Of a DNA stretch of 64,000 nt, positions 33,959 through 43,834 are shown piece by piece. The position numbers were made by a program, and so were the translations under genes. Below the pieces are notes generated by a model. It saw only the letters and a program-made list of their open reading frames with translations, searched no databases and was not told the origin of the DNA. The DNA lies in contig OZ241867.1 in the NCBI GenBank assembly GCA_965203175.1, forward strand, positions 1,760,001 through 1,824,000, in the 5' to 3' direction. Each line of letters starts with the position of its first letter. The stretch's first letter is position 1. The stretch comes from Candidatus Latescibacterota bacterium. GTDB taxonomy: Bacteria; Latescibacterota; UBA2968; UBA8231.

Positions 33959-34516
33959 TCAGCCGCTTGTCTGGACATCTGAGAGTTGCCTGTATTCCGC
34001 CTCCAGGATCGAATAATTCACTCGGTCATACCAGCGTCCGCCAAAGAAAAACGCATCGCGTTGATGTCCCTCCAATTGGAAACCATACTTTTCGAGCACG
34101 CGGATCGCGGGACTGTTGAATGCCACTGGATCTGCCGCTAGGCGATGGAGTCCCAGATGATCAAAGGCATAGCTGACGATGAGCTGGAGGGCATTCGTGC
34201 CATACCCTTTGCCGCGGTCGGATACCCGGGCAAAGCCTAATCCCAGCTCTGCAGACCGGTCTTGCCAGTCGATACTGTGTAACTGAACATGCCCGATAAC
34301 CTTTCCTTCCAAGGTGAAAACGCCGAAATCAACGCCAGTCTGACCTTGCTTACCTTGAATTTCTTCAAACCATTTGTCGGCGTTTTCTTGAGCAAGTCCT
34401 GGCTGAACGTGCTCCGTCGGGACATCCCCGGCGATTTCCGTCATCTTCCACAGCGTATGACAATGTTCCCGTTCCAAAGCCCGTAGGGCCACATACTCAC
34501 CTCGAAGTTCGATCAC
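33959..34516 (-). CDS. GNAT acetyltransferase (RimJ/RimL)
   Basis: RGKGYGT, NSPAIRVLEKYGFQLEG. Confidence 0.88.
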   Translation of the reverse strand: MIELRGEYVALRALEREHCHTLWKMTEIAGDVPTEHVQPGLAQENADKWFEEIQGKQGQTGVDFGVFTLEGKVIGHVQLHSIDWQDRSAELGLGFARVSDRGKGYGTNALQLIVSYAFDHLGLHRLAADPVAFNSPAIRVLEKYGFQLEGHQRDAFFFGGRWYDRVNYSILEAEYRQLSDVQTSG

Positions 34517-34543
34517 AGTGTCCGCCTGTACTTACGCCTTGGC

Positions 34544-34942
34544 CTATACGAATACGGAAGGTGAGACGCCAAATCGCTTAGACAAAGCACGTATCTGCCG
34601 GACGTTTAGCTCTCGCTTGCCACTCAGGATCTCAGAAACCACCCCTTGCGAACCCACCTCCGGCAAATCCGACTGGGTCAATTCATGCTCCTCCATGAGA
34701 AAGCGGAGTGAATCCGCACCCTCCAACTTGGGCATGGAGTGATGTTGTTCTTCCCAAGCATGAACAACGGTGCCCAGCGTATCGAGTAAAGAATAAAGCG
34801 GATGCCGCTCATCCGTACCCACTTCATCGATCAGGCTGTTGAGCCGCTCTAGGGCCGAGTCGTATTCCTGCTCGTTCTGAATCTTGAGTAACGCACTCAC
34901 TTGCGTCCAGGATCGCTGAAGCTGTGGGGTAATGGCACTCAT
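34544..34942 (-). CDS. higA: HigA antitoxin (HTH)
   Basis: LRFLMEEHELTQSDLPEVGSQGVVSEILSGKRELN. Confidence 0.85.
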   Translation of the reverse strand: MSAITPQLQRSWTQVSALLKIQNEQEYDSALERLNSLIDEVGTDERHPLYSLLDTLGTVVHAWEEQHHSMPKLEGADSLRFLMEEHELTQSDLPEVGSQGVVSEILSGKRELNVRQIRALSKRFGVSPSVFV

Positions 34943-35100
34943 GTCCTCCATCCTCCACGGTCGTAGGCTTGGTGTGTAAGCACATGACGGATGTATACTT
35001 TGCCCCGATTGAAGTGAATAGAGGCAATCAGGCGGTACTTGTTGCCGGCAATGTTGAACACGACGAATTCTCCGACTTTGTCGGCCGAAGGAAAAGTTGC
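34939..35100 (-). pseudogene. HigB toxin 3' remnant
   Basis: ATFPSADKVGEFVVFNIAGNKYRLIASIHFNRGKVYIRHVLTHQAYD; 5' half replaced by the enolase gene. Confidence 0.85.
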
Positions 35101-35101
35101 G

Positions 35102-36247
35102 CTACTGCTTCCACCCCAGGTAATGTCCCTCGGTCTTGTCGCTGACCACTATCTTTGCGTCGGGACGCTCGCGCACCTCGGGGCGCAGACTCGTTCCTAG
35201 GCCGGGGCCTTCGGGCGCTAGCAGATACCCGTCCTGTATGTTTATATTCGTCGTCACAAACTCCTCGTACCAGCCTTCGTAAAATTGCCGAATCGTCTCC
35301 ATCAGCATCGCGTTCGGCACGTTCATGCAGATATGGGCGCAGGCAAACACGTTTACAGGCCCTGAGCAGTCGTGGGGACATACCGGAAGCTGATACGTCT
35401 CCCCTAGAATAGCAATCTTCTTCGTCTCTGATATGCCTCCCGTCCAGATGAGGTCGGGCATCAGAATTTCCACCGCGCCCTTCTCGATAAATTCGCGGAA
35501 CTGGTAGCGCGTCACAAACCGCTCGGCGAGACAGACCGGAAACTTCGCTTCCCGCACCAGCGCCAGATGCGCGTCAACGTTGCGCGGCGAAAGCATCTCC
35601 TCAAGCCAAAGTATGTTGTACGGCTCCAACGCCTTCGCCACCCGTATAGCGTTGTGCAGACTCCAGAATCCGTGCCCGTCTATGGCAATGCTCATGCGGT
35701 TGCCAACGGCCTCGTGAATTCTGAGTATCGGGTCTATCATCGCCTCGATTTCTTCGTCAGAGACGTAGTACCCATCGCCCTCATGCGCATCGGGAAACGC
35801 GCCGAGCTTCATGTGCTTGATCCCGCGATCAAGAAGCTCTGTCGCATGAGACACGGGATCAGGGGCACCACCCGTATTGTAAACGCGGATTCTGTCGCGG
35901 CAGGCACCGCCGAGCATCTCATATATAGGTCGGCCCGACGCTTGCCCCGCGATGTCCCAGAGCGCGATGTCTAGCGCGGAGATGGCGCGAGTCTCCGCGC
36001 CGCCGTATCCCCAGTGGTCGGCAAGGCGGAACATATTGTACCAGTGGTTTTCGATATTCAAAGGGTTGCGGCCTATCAGCATGGGCGCGAATAATTCGTG
36101 CACCGCGCCTTCTACCGCCATCGGCCCGTACCAAGTCTCGCCAAGCCCAACATGACCTTCGTCTGTGTAAATTTGCACCCAGATTCCGCAACCATAACTC
36201 TGGCTTCGGTCTGCCACGCGGATTGTTTCTACCTTGGTTATTTTCAT
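35102..36247 (-). CDS. Mandelate racemase/muconate lactonizing enzyme family
   Basis: SALDIALWDIAG, IDGHG, WLEE, PHDCSGP. Confidence 0.9.
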   Translation of the reverse strand: MKITKVETIRVADRSQSYGCGIWVQIYTDEGHVGLGETWYGPMAVEGAVHELFAPMLIGRNPLNIENHWYNMFRLADHWGYGGAETRAISALDIALWDIAGQASGRPIYEMLGGACRDRIRVYNTGGAPDPVSHATELLDRGIKHMKLGAFPDAHEGDGYYVSDEEIEAMIDPILRIHEAVGNRMSIAIDGHGFWSLHNAIRVAKALEPYNILWLEEMLSPRNVDAHLALVREAKFPVCLAERFVTRYQFREFIEKGAVEILMPDLIWTGGISETKKIAILGETYQLPVCPHDCSGPVNVFACAHICMNVPNAMLMETIRQFYEGWYEEFVTTNINIQDGYLLAPEGPGLGTSLRPEVRERPDAKIVVSDKTEGHYLGWKQ

Positions 36248-36315
36248 TTCTCTCCTTTGTCCCTAAGCCGGGGGCACGGACGTGTTAAATAAAGTTTGCC
36301 CAAAATGTCGGCAGT

Positions 36316-37065
36316 TCACGGTGCCTCTTTGCGCGCAAGAGCAACTAGCCGCTTTGAGCTAGGCCCATACGCACTGCCTTCCAAGTCCCCATATAGTTGC
36401 GTATTACTAAATCCAACTTGCAAGAGACGGTCCTTCAGTTCTTGGCCAGAGTACAACGTGTGGTGAAACTTGAACGATTTTACCTGCTCATCCCGAATCA
36501 AGAGCCACTCGTTGTGAATCCTCGTCCAATCGTCGAAGATCTCGCGACGTTGAACGAGCAATGTCCCGTCGGGAAGAGTTTCGGAGGAGGTCGCGGCAAA
36601 TACCTTGGCCAACCACTCTTTACCCATCAGATCCATTACGAGGACTCCCCCAGGCTTGAGACTCTCGTAGATATTGCTGAGCACTAGCAGGTCTTCGTCC
36701 TTGTCATCGAAATAGCCGAAGGACGTAAACATGTTGAGCACCAAGTCGTACGACGCGGATCGCACAAAACGACGCATGTCCTCTTGCACAAACTCAACGT
36801 CTAATTTCCGCTCGCTTGCTCGCGCCCTAGCTTTTTGCAGTAGGAATGCGGTCGCATCAACGCCCGTTACGGAAAATCCTCGCTCCGCCAGGATCGTGGC
36901 ATGCCGGCCGGGGCCGCAACACAGATCGAGGATATGTGTCCCGCTGAACTCCACCAGCGAAAGAATCTTGTCGACTTGATCTTCCGCAGATTCAAATCGC
37001 TCTTCCGAGAACATATAGGGATACATTTCCGTCCAGAAGTCTTCGTTTTCAAACCATTCGGACAT
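36316..37065 (-). CDS. Class I SAM-dependent methyltransferase
   Basis: ILDLCCGPGRH, FTSFGYF, LKPGG. Confidence 0.9.
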   Translation of the reverse strand: MSEWFENEDFWTEMYPYMFSEERFESAEDQVDKILSLVEFSGTHILDLCCGPGRHATILAERGFSVTGVDATAFLLQKARARASERKLDVEFVQEDMRRFVRSASYDLVLNMFTSFGYFDDKDEDLLVLSNIYESLKPGGVLVMDLMGKEWLAKVFAATSSETLPDGTLLVQRREIFDDWTRIHNEWLLIRDEQVKSFKFHHTLYSGQELKDRLLQVGFSNTQLYGDLEGSAYGPSSKRLVALARKEAP

Positions 37066-37113
37066 AGAATTCCGGCCTCACTCGAAACCTCATCTGAAGA
37101 TGGGTGTTCAGGA

Positions 37114-37517
37114 TCAATGGAGGGCAGTCGGATAGGTTCCGTCCAGAGCCCGCTGCCGGTCGCGACGCACCCTGGCCAGATAATCGCGCATCGGCTCGAT
37201 ATCAAACTCCGCGATTAATTCATCGGTGCTCTTATCCGGCAAGTGTGAGCGCAGCGTCAACAGACATTCGTCACCCAGATGCTCCGCCGTTGCAGCACCA
37301 GGACCGTACCGCTCAAACAAGGACCGCACGCGCTGGATGTTGCCGTCGTGATGCACCACCCGCATATCCAAATCAAGCCCGGCAGTGGTCAGCGGTGCCA
37401 TGCCGGTCGCATCGCTGGTCTGGCGCGGCACACTGCAAATGGGCCGGCCGGCCGGTCAGGAGCATCGCCCGCAACCGGGCTGTAGCTAACCAGTGCAACA
37501 GTCGCGGTACGATTCAT
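37114..37517 (-). pseudogene. Internally deleted gene, possibly nitrilase-like
   Basis: N-terminal MNRTATVALVSYSP joined out of frame to a C-terminal segment ..DELIAEFDIEPMRDYLAR. Confidence 0.4.
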
Positions 37518-37621
37518 TTATTCTTCGCCCTGCCAATAGTCGTCGGTTCCGCCTTCTGAAACGCGAGTCCACCTTGTAATTTAGCCTCGATCTCGTGGAA
37601 GCTGATCTTGTTCATATGTCT

Positions 37622-38191
37622 CTACCCTTGCTGATCTTTCTTTTCAAATGGTAAGTACAAACTGCGCCGACACCCCAGGGCCTCCAGCCCCTTCTCATAG
37701 ATCTCCTCGCACAGAGCGACTTTTCCGTCCATGTACGACTGGCGGTCATTGTCGTGCTCTTCAGCGAGTTGCCATTTCAGGGTACTGAGCCTACGAACAT
37801 ATTCGGGACTTAGTCTGAGGAAATCCCTGAAGACAAGATGCCGCTTCAAGGCTTCACCATACTTGTCACAAACGTACGTATGGTGGGCGGGCAAAGATTC
37901 CTTCAGGCCGCTATCGGACAGATCAAAGGCGTCTCTGCCGGGAATACCCTTGTCACCTTCATGGAAATATCCGATCTCTGCAAGCCGATCCTTCGTGCTC
38001 TCAAAATCCTGTGGCTCAATGACAATGTCAACGTCAATGATTGGCTTGGCGGTCATTCCGGCGACAGAGGTGCTACCGACATGCTCGATGCTGCAATACC
38101 TTCCGGACAAAACAGAATCAAAACGGTGTCGCAACGCTTCGAACCACGAGGGCCAAGCCGGATCATAGTGCTTTACCAAGGTAACGGACAT
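37622..38191 (-). CDS. GrpB family protein
   Basis: YDPAWP, IEHVGSTSV..AKPIIDVD, FRDFLR. Confidence 0.9.
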   Translation of the reverse strand: MSVTLVKHYDPAWPSWFEALRHRFDSVLSGRYCSIEHVGSTSVAGMTAKPIIDVDIVIEPQDFESTKDRLAEIGYFHEGDKGIPGRDAFDLSDSGLKESLPAHHTYVCDKYGEALKRHLVFRDFLRLSPEYVRRLSTLKWQLAEEHDNDRQSYMDGKVALCEEIYEKGLEALGCRRSLYLPFEKKDQQG

Positions 38192-38301
38192 GATTCAATT
38201 GACCGCGTTGCGTCTAGTGCCCGACCGCGAAGTGGTTGCGAAATGCGCGCCAGCACCCCAAAACAGCAAGATTCAGGATGTTTCGAGGCATGGTTGTCTC
38301 C

Positions 38302-39018
38302 TCAATTCCTTCCACCGAAGCATGCTTTATAGATGAAATGTCGGTCGGGCACGTCGCGCCTTTCAAACTGTTGGAATAGGGCGCTATCATCGTACGGAAC
38401 GCGACGCATTTTCAATTCGTGGCTCCTGTTCTCGCACTCTAGGATGGCAAATCGCGCTATGGGTTCTGAATGGCAGCCCAAGGAACCGGGATTTACGTAT
38501 CTGGCCGTCCCCACTAAATCTGAAGGTGAATGAATGTGGCCATAGAATACGAGATCGGAGTTTATATCTGCGAAGACTTTATCCAAATCGACGGGACGAG
38601 GGTTATGGACGATGGGCCTGAAGTCAACCTGCGACTCTGTGAGGCCGTAGTGAAGAAACGATATTCGCACACCTTCATACACATCTTGAATCAGGTAAGG
38701 CCATTCTCTCACTGTATCGCGCAGGGACGGATCAAGACAGGAATGTACCCACTGGTGATGTTTCAACTCGCCGTCGCTCATCCACGGGGGTTGTGGCTCT
38801 GGAAGCCCGGTCGAAAACCAGGCGTCATGATTGCCGCAAATCAGATTCATGCCAGGCGTGCTCAGCAGCAGTTCCAAGCATTCTGCTGGAAATGGGCCGA
38901 TGCCTATGGCATCGCCTGTGTGAAAAATCGCGTCAGCACCCTCTTGCCGAATTGCTCTCAAGGCAACCTGAAGTGCAGGCAAATTGCCGTGGACATCTGT
39001 CAGGACCGCTATCTTCAT
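38302..39018 (-). CDS. Metallophosphoesterase
   Basis: DVHGN, GD, GNHD, GHIH, NPGS. Confidence 0.92.
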   Translation of the reverse strand: MKIAVLTDVHGNLPALQVALRAIRQEGADAIFHTGDAIGIGPFPAECLELLLSTPGMNLICGNHDAWFSTGLPEPQPPWMSDGELKHHQWVHSCLDPSLRDTVREWPYLIQDVYEGVRISFLHYGLTESQVDFRPIVHNPRPVDLDKVFADINSDLVFYGHIHSPSDLVGTARYVNPGSLGCHSEPIARFAILECENRSHELKMRRVPYDDSALFQQFERRDVPDRHFIYKACFGGRN

Positions 39019-39033
39019 GTAAATTGTGCCAAT

Positions 39034-39456
39034 CTAATGTACTGGAGCCGCAGCCTTACGAGCCCAGGTGATATTGGCTAATGCGAATGACTCAACCTCA
39101 CGGCAGACAAAAGCAACCTCCCCCGGATGATCAGCCCTGCGGCTGATGTACTGGCGAACTGGGGCTAATAACTGCAAAAGAGCCTCTGTCCCGGGAAGGT
39201 TGGCGAAGGCCGACAGGACGTGCTGCTTGTCCAAAATGTATTCTTCAGTTCGGTCCCAAACAACAACTCGCAGCCAGTATAGGATTGCGTTGACCCGCGC
39301 GTCGTCAACGTCAATTGGGGCCGGATATGTTCGCTCCCACGCTCCGAGAAGATCTGGCACAAGGGCAACCAAGGATCGCTTCATAGCCTCCGGTGACGGT
39401 TCTGGAATAGCCGACAAATCGAGCTCAGTAATGACCGGTGTTGGAGAAGTATTCAT
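39034..39456 (-). CDS. Hypothetical protein
   Basis: 140-aa ORF in array orientation. Confidence 0.5.
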   Translation of the reverse strand: MNTSPTPVITELDLSAIPEPSPEAMKRSLVALVPDLLGAWERTYPAPIDVDDARVNAILYWLRVVVWDRTEEYILDKQHVLSAFANLPGTEALLQLLAPVRQYISRRADHPGEVAFVCREVESFALANITWARKAAAPVH

Positions 39457-39476
39457 TTGGGAACTGATAGCGATTA

Positions 39477-40052
39477 TCAGGTTTTAGAACTGCCCAACAT
39501 GAAGGTTATTTCCCGATGCCAGCGCATGTTATCGTCGGGAACTATGAACTCTAATCTATCGCAAATAAACGACCCTTTGGGTGCCGTGTCTTGAAGTTGG
39601 TCGCAAAGCTTGAGACTCTCTGGTATCGAGATAAACTCTGCGATTGTCATATGAGGTGGTATGTGCCTCCTCTTGTACACCTTGCCACCAAATGCGCGGG
39701 ATTTATGGAGGGCCTCCTGCAACGCGCGTATTGGCTCCTCAGGATGTATTGAGTATGAGACACCTGGATGCTTGCTGGAAGCGTGGAGTGTACGGAAATG
39801 GAGCTCAAATGGCTGAAAGTCCTGCAATATGGCTCGGATCTCAGTTTCGAGGTCTGGCGTCATCTCCAGGCTAAGTGGGTCCGATACGGAGATGTGAGTA
39901 CCGCACGTAGCATGAGATTTTGGATCGTACTGCTTTCGCAATGGATCTATTAGATCGCTCACCTCTTTCGGAGGCATGATGAGGATCAATCCGAGTCGAT
40001 AATCAAGCTGCCAATCCTCCCAACTATCTGTATTCTGTGCATACCTAATCAT
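39477..40052 (-). CDS. 2'-5' RNA ligase / 2H phosphoesterase family
   Basis: Two HxS/T motifs (HIS, HMT). Confidence 0.75.
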   Translation of the reverse strand: MIRYAQNTDSWEDWQLDYRLGLILIMPPKEVSDLIDPLRKQYDPKSHATCGTHISVSDPLSLEMTPDLETEIRAILQDFQPFELHFRTLHASSKHPGVSYSIHPEEPIRALQEALHKSRAFGGKVYKRRHIPPHMTIAEFISIPESLKLCDQLQDTAPKGSFICDRLEFIVPDDNMRWHREITFMLGSSKT

Positions 40053-40334
40053 TGTTAATTACTCTTTCAATAGGCCAGCAGCGATGAGAGCGCGATGGTG
40101 CAGGGGTAGAAAAACGTCCAGCGCCAACTCCTCAAGAACTCCTTCAGGTTGAACCAGTTTGCGCGCCAGCGTCTCGTGTTCGGATGCCCACTTATTGAGC
40201 TCGACTTTCGCTAGACAGATGGAGCGCACGTATGCGCACAGCGAGGTTATAGGATGTAAACGCGGGGGATATGTGCTGCCTAGTATATCCATCCTTTGGA
40301 GGATGAAGAATGTCCTTCAGAAATATGAGGTGCT

Positions 40335-40550
40335 TCACGCCTCAATCGGGGTCAAGCGAAATACCCGAGACATCCGAGCCGCCTGCTCCAAGTCGCCCTC
40401 CCTTAGAGCCTCACGAACATCATCCAGCTTTTCAGCGTCCCTAACTGAAAGGTAAGGCGGCCATCCGGCGTCCCCATCGATCAACTCCACCTCCACTTCC
40501 GCAGCATATTTCCCTGCGCGCACTAGTTTCGTAGTCACTCTGCTCGTCAT
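40335..40550 (-). CDS. Small putative antitoxin
   Basis: GKYAAEVEVELI..WPPYLS..KLDDVREALR; coupled to a toxin remnant. Confidence 0.65.
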   Translation of the reverse strand: MTSRVTTKLVRAGKYAAEVEVELIDGDAGWPPYLSVRDAEKLDDVREALREGDLEQAARMSRVFRLTPIEA

Positions 40551-40627
40551 GTTCGCCTCCTAGTGAAACCCTCGTCCCAATCCTGTCTGTTGGGTCGATA
40601 GGCCGTCACTACGACGGCGGGTGGAAT
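40547..40627 (-). pseudogene. DUF4258-like toxin 3' remnant
   Basis: PAVVVTAYRPNRQDWDEGFTRRRT*. Confidence 0.6.
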
Positions 40628-40699
40628 GTTATCGGTTGCTAAGAAATCACACGGCTTCAAGCGGCCGATAAGTACAGATATGCAGCTAAGGGCTTCCCT

Positions 40700-40942
40700 T
40701 TACGGTAGGTAATTTCCAGATAGTGTTCTCGCATAATTAGCTTCTTCTGCTTCTACGAGTTCCTCCGCGTACTCAAGAGCGGCCCGTACATCCGCGTCGA
40801 TAATACCATATTCCTCACAGACTTCTTCTGGGGTTACCCCTCCTGCAAGACTCCCAATAATTCGGTGCACTGGCACTCGGGTCCCCCGAATCACCGGCTT
40901 GCCATGACGGATCGAGGGATCGATTATGATTCGTTCATTCAT
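40700..40942 (-). CDS. DUF433 domain protein (antitoxin-like)
   Basis: IDPSIRHGKPVIRGTRVPV..EEY..DVRAALEYA. Confidence 0.9.
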   Translation of the reverse strand: MNERIIIDPSIRHGKPVIRGTRVPVHRIIGSLAGGVTPEEVCEEYGIIDADVRAALEYAEELVEAEEANYARTLSGNYLP

Positions 40943-41143
40943 ACTGACTCAACTTGACCAATTTTCGCTATGATCGATCGCAAATGAAACTCAGGATAGT
41001 AGTTATGTGTTTTCCCGCTTTCGGCCGACGTTCGCCGATTTGCGAACCCCGAAAGGGTTGCCAAAGGCCAAGCTGCCGTAGCTAGGGGCGCAATGTTATC
41101 GATAGTGGAATCCTACTGAGCGGCCCCCAAAGCTTGGATCACT

Positions 41144-42004
41144 TTAGATGTGAGTTGGCCGGGTCTCGGCGGGCTGATAGTTTAGGGCTTGGGCAAATTC
41201 ATCGGGTGTTTTATATCCGAGGCTACTATGGGGTCGTTGCTGGTTGTACAGGCACCGATAGTCCTCCACGACGACGCGGGCTTCGGCGATCGAAAAGAAG
41301 ATTTCTGGCGTAAGACACTCGGCTCGAAAACGGCTATGAAAACTTTCGATGAGGCCATTTTGCCACGGGCTACCCGGCTCGATATACAGCGTCTGGATGT
41401 CGGCGGCAGCGCACCAATCCTGAATGAGTCGGGCGATAAATTCCGAGCCATTATCCGAGCGCATAAACGCCGGTGCGCCCCACGCTTCGACCAGCGCTTG
41501 AAGCGTATCCAACACGTGGTCACTGGGGATCGAACGCGCCGGGTGAATGACCAAACACTGCCGGGTATATTCATCTACGACCGTCAGCATCTTCACCGGC
41601 CGACCGTCGGTGGTTCGATCCAAAATGAAATCCCATGACCAGACATGGCCGGGATAGGCCGCCTGCACCGGAGTGCGCCGCGCCGACCGGGGGCACCGTT
41701 TCCGGCGCTCCACCGGTGGTACGCCTAACCCGGCTTGCCGCCGCACCCGCTGGACGCGTTTGCGATTGACCGTCCAACCCTCGCGGCATAAGAGCTGATG
41801 AATAAGCCGATAGCCCCAGCGCGGATGCTGTTTCGACAAGGTGATAATGCGCTGCTCCAGCCGCTGCCGCCGGTCGGTGGGGCCTTGCGGCCGATGATAA
41901 TAACTCGAGGGCGCCAGCCCGACCACAAGGCAGGCCCGCCGCGTCGAGCACATCCCCTGTTCGGCGACATAGTGGACGGCTCGTTTTTTATGCGACGGGC
42001 TTAC
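41144..42004 (-). CDS. IS3 transposase OrfB (DDE)
   Basis: WSWDF, RSDNGSEF, PWQNGLIESF. Confidence 0.92.
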   Translation of the reverse strand, partial: VSPSHKKRAVHYVAEQGMCSTRRACLVVGLAPSSYYHRPQGPTDRRQRLEQRIITLSKQHPRWGYRLIHQLLCREGWTVNRKRVQRVRRQAGLGVPPVERRKRCPRSARRTPVQAAYPGHVWSWDFILDRTTDGRPVKMLTVVDEYTRQCLVIHPARSIPSDHVLDTLQALVEAWGAPAFMRSDNGSEFIARLIQDWCAAADIQTLYIEPGSPWQNGLIESFHSRFRAECLTPEIFFSIAEARVVVEDYRCLYNQQRPHSSLGYKTPDEFAQALNYQPAETRPTHI

Positions 42005-42276
42005 CATTTTTTTGCGTTGATCGCTTGCAACACCCGATTATCCAGCATCGCTTCGGCCAGCATCTTTTTCAACTCGGCGTTTTCTTTTTCTAACGCTTTC
42101 AAGCGCTTGGCATCGGCTACATCCATACCGCCGTATTGCTTTTTCCAGCGATAGAAGGTGCCTTCGGCGATGTTATGCACGCGACAGAGTTCGGCCACCG
42201 TTTGGCCGCCATCCGCCTGCCGCAAAATGCGGATAATTTGCTCGACAGTACGAGATTTGCTCCCTTTGCGCTTCAT
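42001..42276 (-). CDS. IS3 transposase OrfA (HTH)
   Basis: LCRVHNIAEGTFYRWKKQYGGM..KRLKALEKEN; ends at A-AAA-AAA. Confidence 0.92.
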   Translation of the reverse strand: MKRKGSKSRTVEQIIRILRQADGGQTVAELCRVHNIAEGTFYRWKKQYGGMDVADAKRLKALEKENAELKKMLAEAMLDNRVLQAINAKKW

Positions 42277-42356
42277 GAGTATGCTCCTCGTTAAGAAACA
42301 AGAAAATACTCACATCCAAACCTGTCCAGGTTTAAGGGGGCAGGCCACTACGGCAC

Positions 42357-42584
42357 TTAGCCTGAAGATTCAGCTATTTCTTTTATTACGCGTTCGCGTA
42401 AGCCCAATACAGTAAGGCCGACCACTTCATTATTGACCTCATCATAGCGGACGACAACCCCTTCACCTATATCAACACCCACAGCCGGTTTGGGCGTCCC
42501 GACGGAAAGATAAAGGACATCAGCTTCTTCATCGTATTCCCAATCAATCGTATCTGGTTTGTCCAGTATTTTTAGGACTTCCAT
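42357..42584 (-). CDS. DUF2283 domain protein (antitoxin)
   Basis: YDEEADVLYLS..VVGLTV. Confidence 0.85.
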   Translation of the reverse strand: MEVLKILDKPDTIDWEYDEEADVLYLSVGTPKPAVGVDIGEGVVVRYDEVNNEVVGLTVLGLRERVIKEIAESSG

Positions 42585-42883
42585 AAGACATTTCTCCTAT
42601 TCGATAGACGACTGGCCCAATAAGCGGTTAAAACAAAACCATCGTCCGGTTGCACTTCTCGATAAACTGCGATTAGATATTTACTCGTCAATGGCGTTTT
42701 CGCATAGAAGCGAATGGCCATGAGTGTGCCATAATCGCCTTCCTGGATCTGAGCGGGTTGGGATATGGTCTCCAAGATGCTTTCTTGGGAAGTCGCCATT
42801 TCGGGGTGTCTCCGCACAATATGCTGCCATCGCTCCTCTGTTAGGCGAATAGGGACACTATTGTGCGATCGGACGATTTTCAA
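42572..42883 (-). CDS. Putative RelE/DUF4258-like toxin
   Basis: IRLTEERWQHIVRRHPEM..GFVLTAY; overlaps the DUF2283 gene. Confidence 0.7.
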   Translation of the reverse strand: MKIVRSHNSVPIRLTEERWQHIVRRHPEMATSQESILETISQPAQIQEGDYGTLMAIRFYAKTPLTSKYLIAVYREVQPDDGFVLTAYWASRLSNRRNVLWKS

Positions 42884-42959
42884 CCTTCGATATCTCCATG
42901 ATTTTCAAATTCACCGTAAGCGTCCCCTAACTTGAAACAGTTTTGTTCCATTGTCGATA

Positions 42960-43071
42960 ACTGCTTATACTCGAACAATTGGTCCGGGTAATCGCCTTTA
43001 TCTGATCCGAAGGTACGTATCCGTGTAAACAGCCGCAACCTATAGTAGTATTCTACGTAACTCCTTGTAAT
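42960..43071. repeat. attC-like palindromic repeat (copy of 49686-49806)
   Basis: Shared CCGAAGGTACGTATCCGTGTAAACAG and GTATTCTACGTAAC. Confidence 0.8.
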
Positions 43072-43108
43072 AAATTGAGATAACACGATTCTTCTGAGGT
43101 CTGACGCG

Positions 43109-43264
43109 CCTAGCAGCGCAAATCGCTGTGTTGCCTGAACACTAACGAGACTGATCCAGAATTTTGGGAAGCTCACTTAGCGAGTGGATCGTAAAATCGG
43201 GATCGCCCGTTTCGTCATTGGGCGTGCGATCGGCGAATTTCCCATTTTGAAACCAAACCGTTGT
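43109..43264 (-). pseudogene. 3' remnant of HAD gene plus attC-like start
   Basis: 146/156 identical to 47690-47845. Confidence 0.88.
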
Positions 43265-43279
43265 GGCTTCTTCATCTCT

Positions 43280-43834
43280 TCAGAGGCTTTTCTCCGCCCT
43301 TTGTGCCTTCAAGGCGGCAACCAAGCGGTAGGATTCAGCCAACTGCTTTCCGTCATCTTCTTTCGTTTCAAGCCTCCGACACGCCTCTTCCAACGAGAGA
43401 GCCGCGACTTCGGAGACCTGTTCAGCCCCCTTGGGATTCGTGGGTTTCCCCGAGATTTCAACCTCCCCATAAGCGAGTAGCCGATAGAATTCTGGCCAGG
43501 GCAAATGAGGTCGATATGGTTTGTCAGCGAGTGAATGACAGTGCCAGGCACCCACCAAATGGAAGGTTTTCAAGACTGCCCCTGCCTCTTCCATCAGCTC
43601 TCTTTCGATTGTATCCAAGTATCCTTCCCCCGGCTCCAGAGTTCCACCGACGATGCACCATCCATTTTCGTGTTTGACGATGACCCATTTGTCATTCACA
43701 CACGGAACAAAATTCACGTTACTGATCAACTCATCCGGTGGCGTGACATCCAGCTCCAAGACGGCGCGAGTTGGCCCCCAAGGGAGAAGCTTCTCCTCAA
43801 AGAGTTCAGGGAACAACGACTTGTCTATGTTCAC
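43280..43834 (-). CDS. NUDIX hydrolase
   Basis: GGTLEPGE..TIERELMEEAG. Confidence 0.85.
   Translation of the reverse strand: MNIDKSLFPELFEEKLLPWGPTRAVLELDVTPPDELISNVNFVPCVNDKWVIVKHENGWCIVGGTLEPGEGYLDTIERELMEEAGAVLKTFHLVGAWHCHSLADKPYRPHLPWPEFYRLLAYGEVEISGKPTNPKGAEQVSEVAALSLEEACRRLETKEDDGKQLAESYRLVAALKAQRAEKSL

Larger units (their letters stand above)
41117..42347 (-). mobile_element. IS3 family element (IS407-group-like)
   Basis: TG..CA imperfect IRs, 4-bp DR CTAC (41113-41116, 42348-42351), orfA/orfB with A7 frameshift site. Confidence 0.92.

Noticed and set aside
40059-40292. 77-aa ORF
   Set aside because: No motif or clear RBS; possibly a gene tail, not callable
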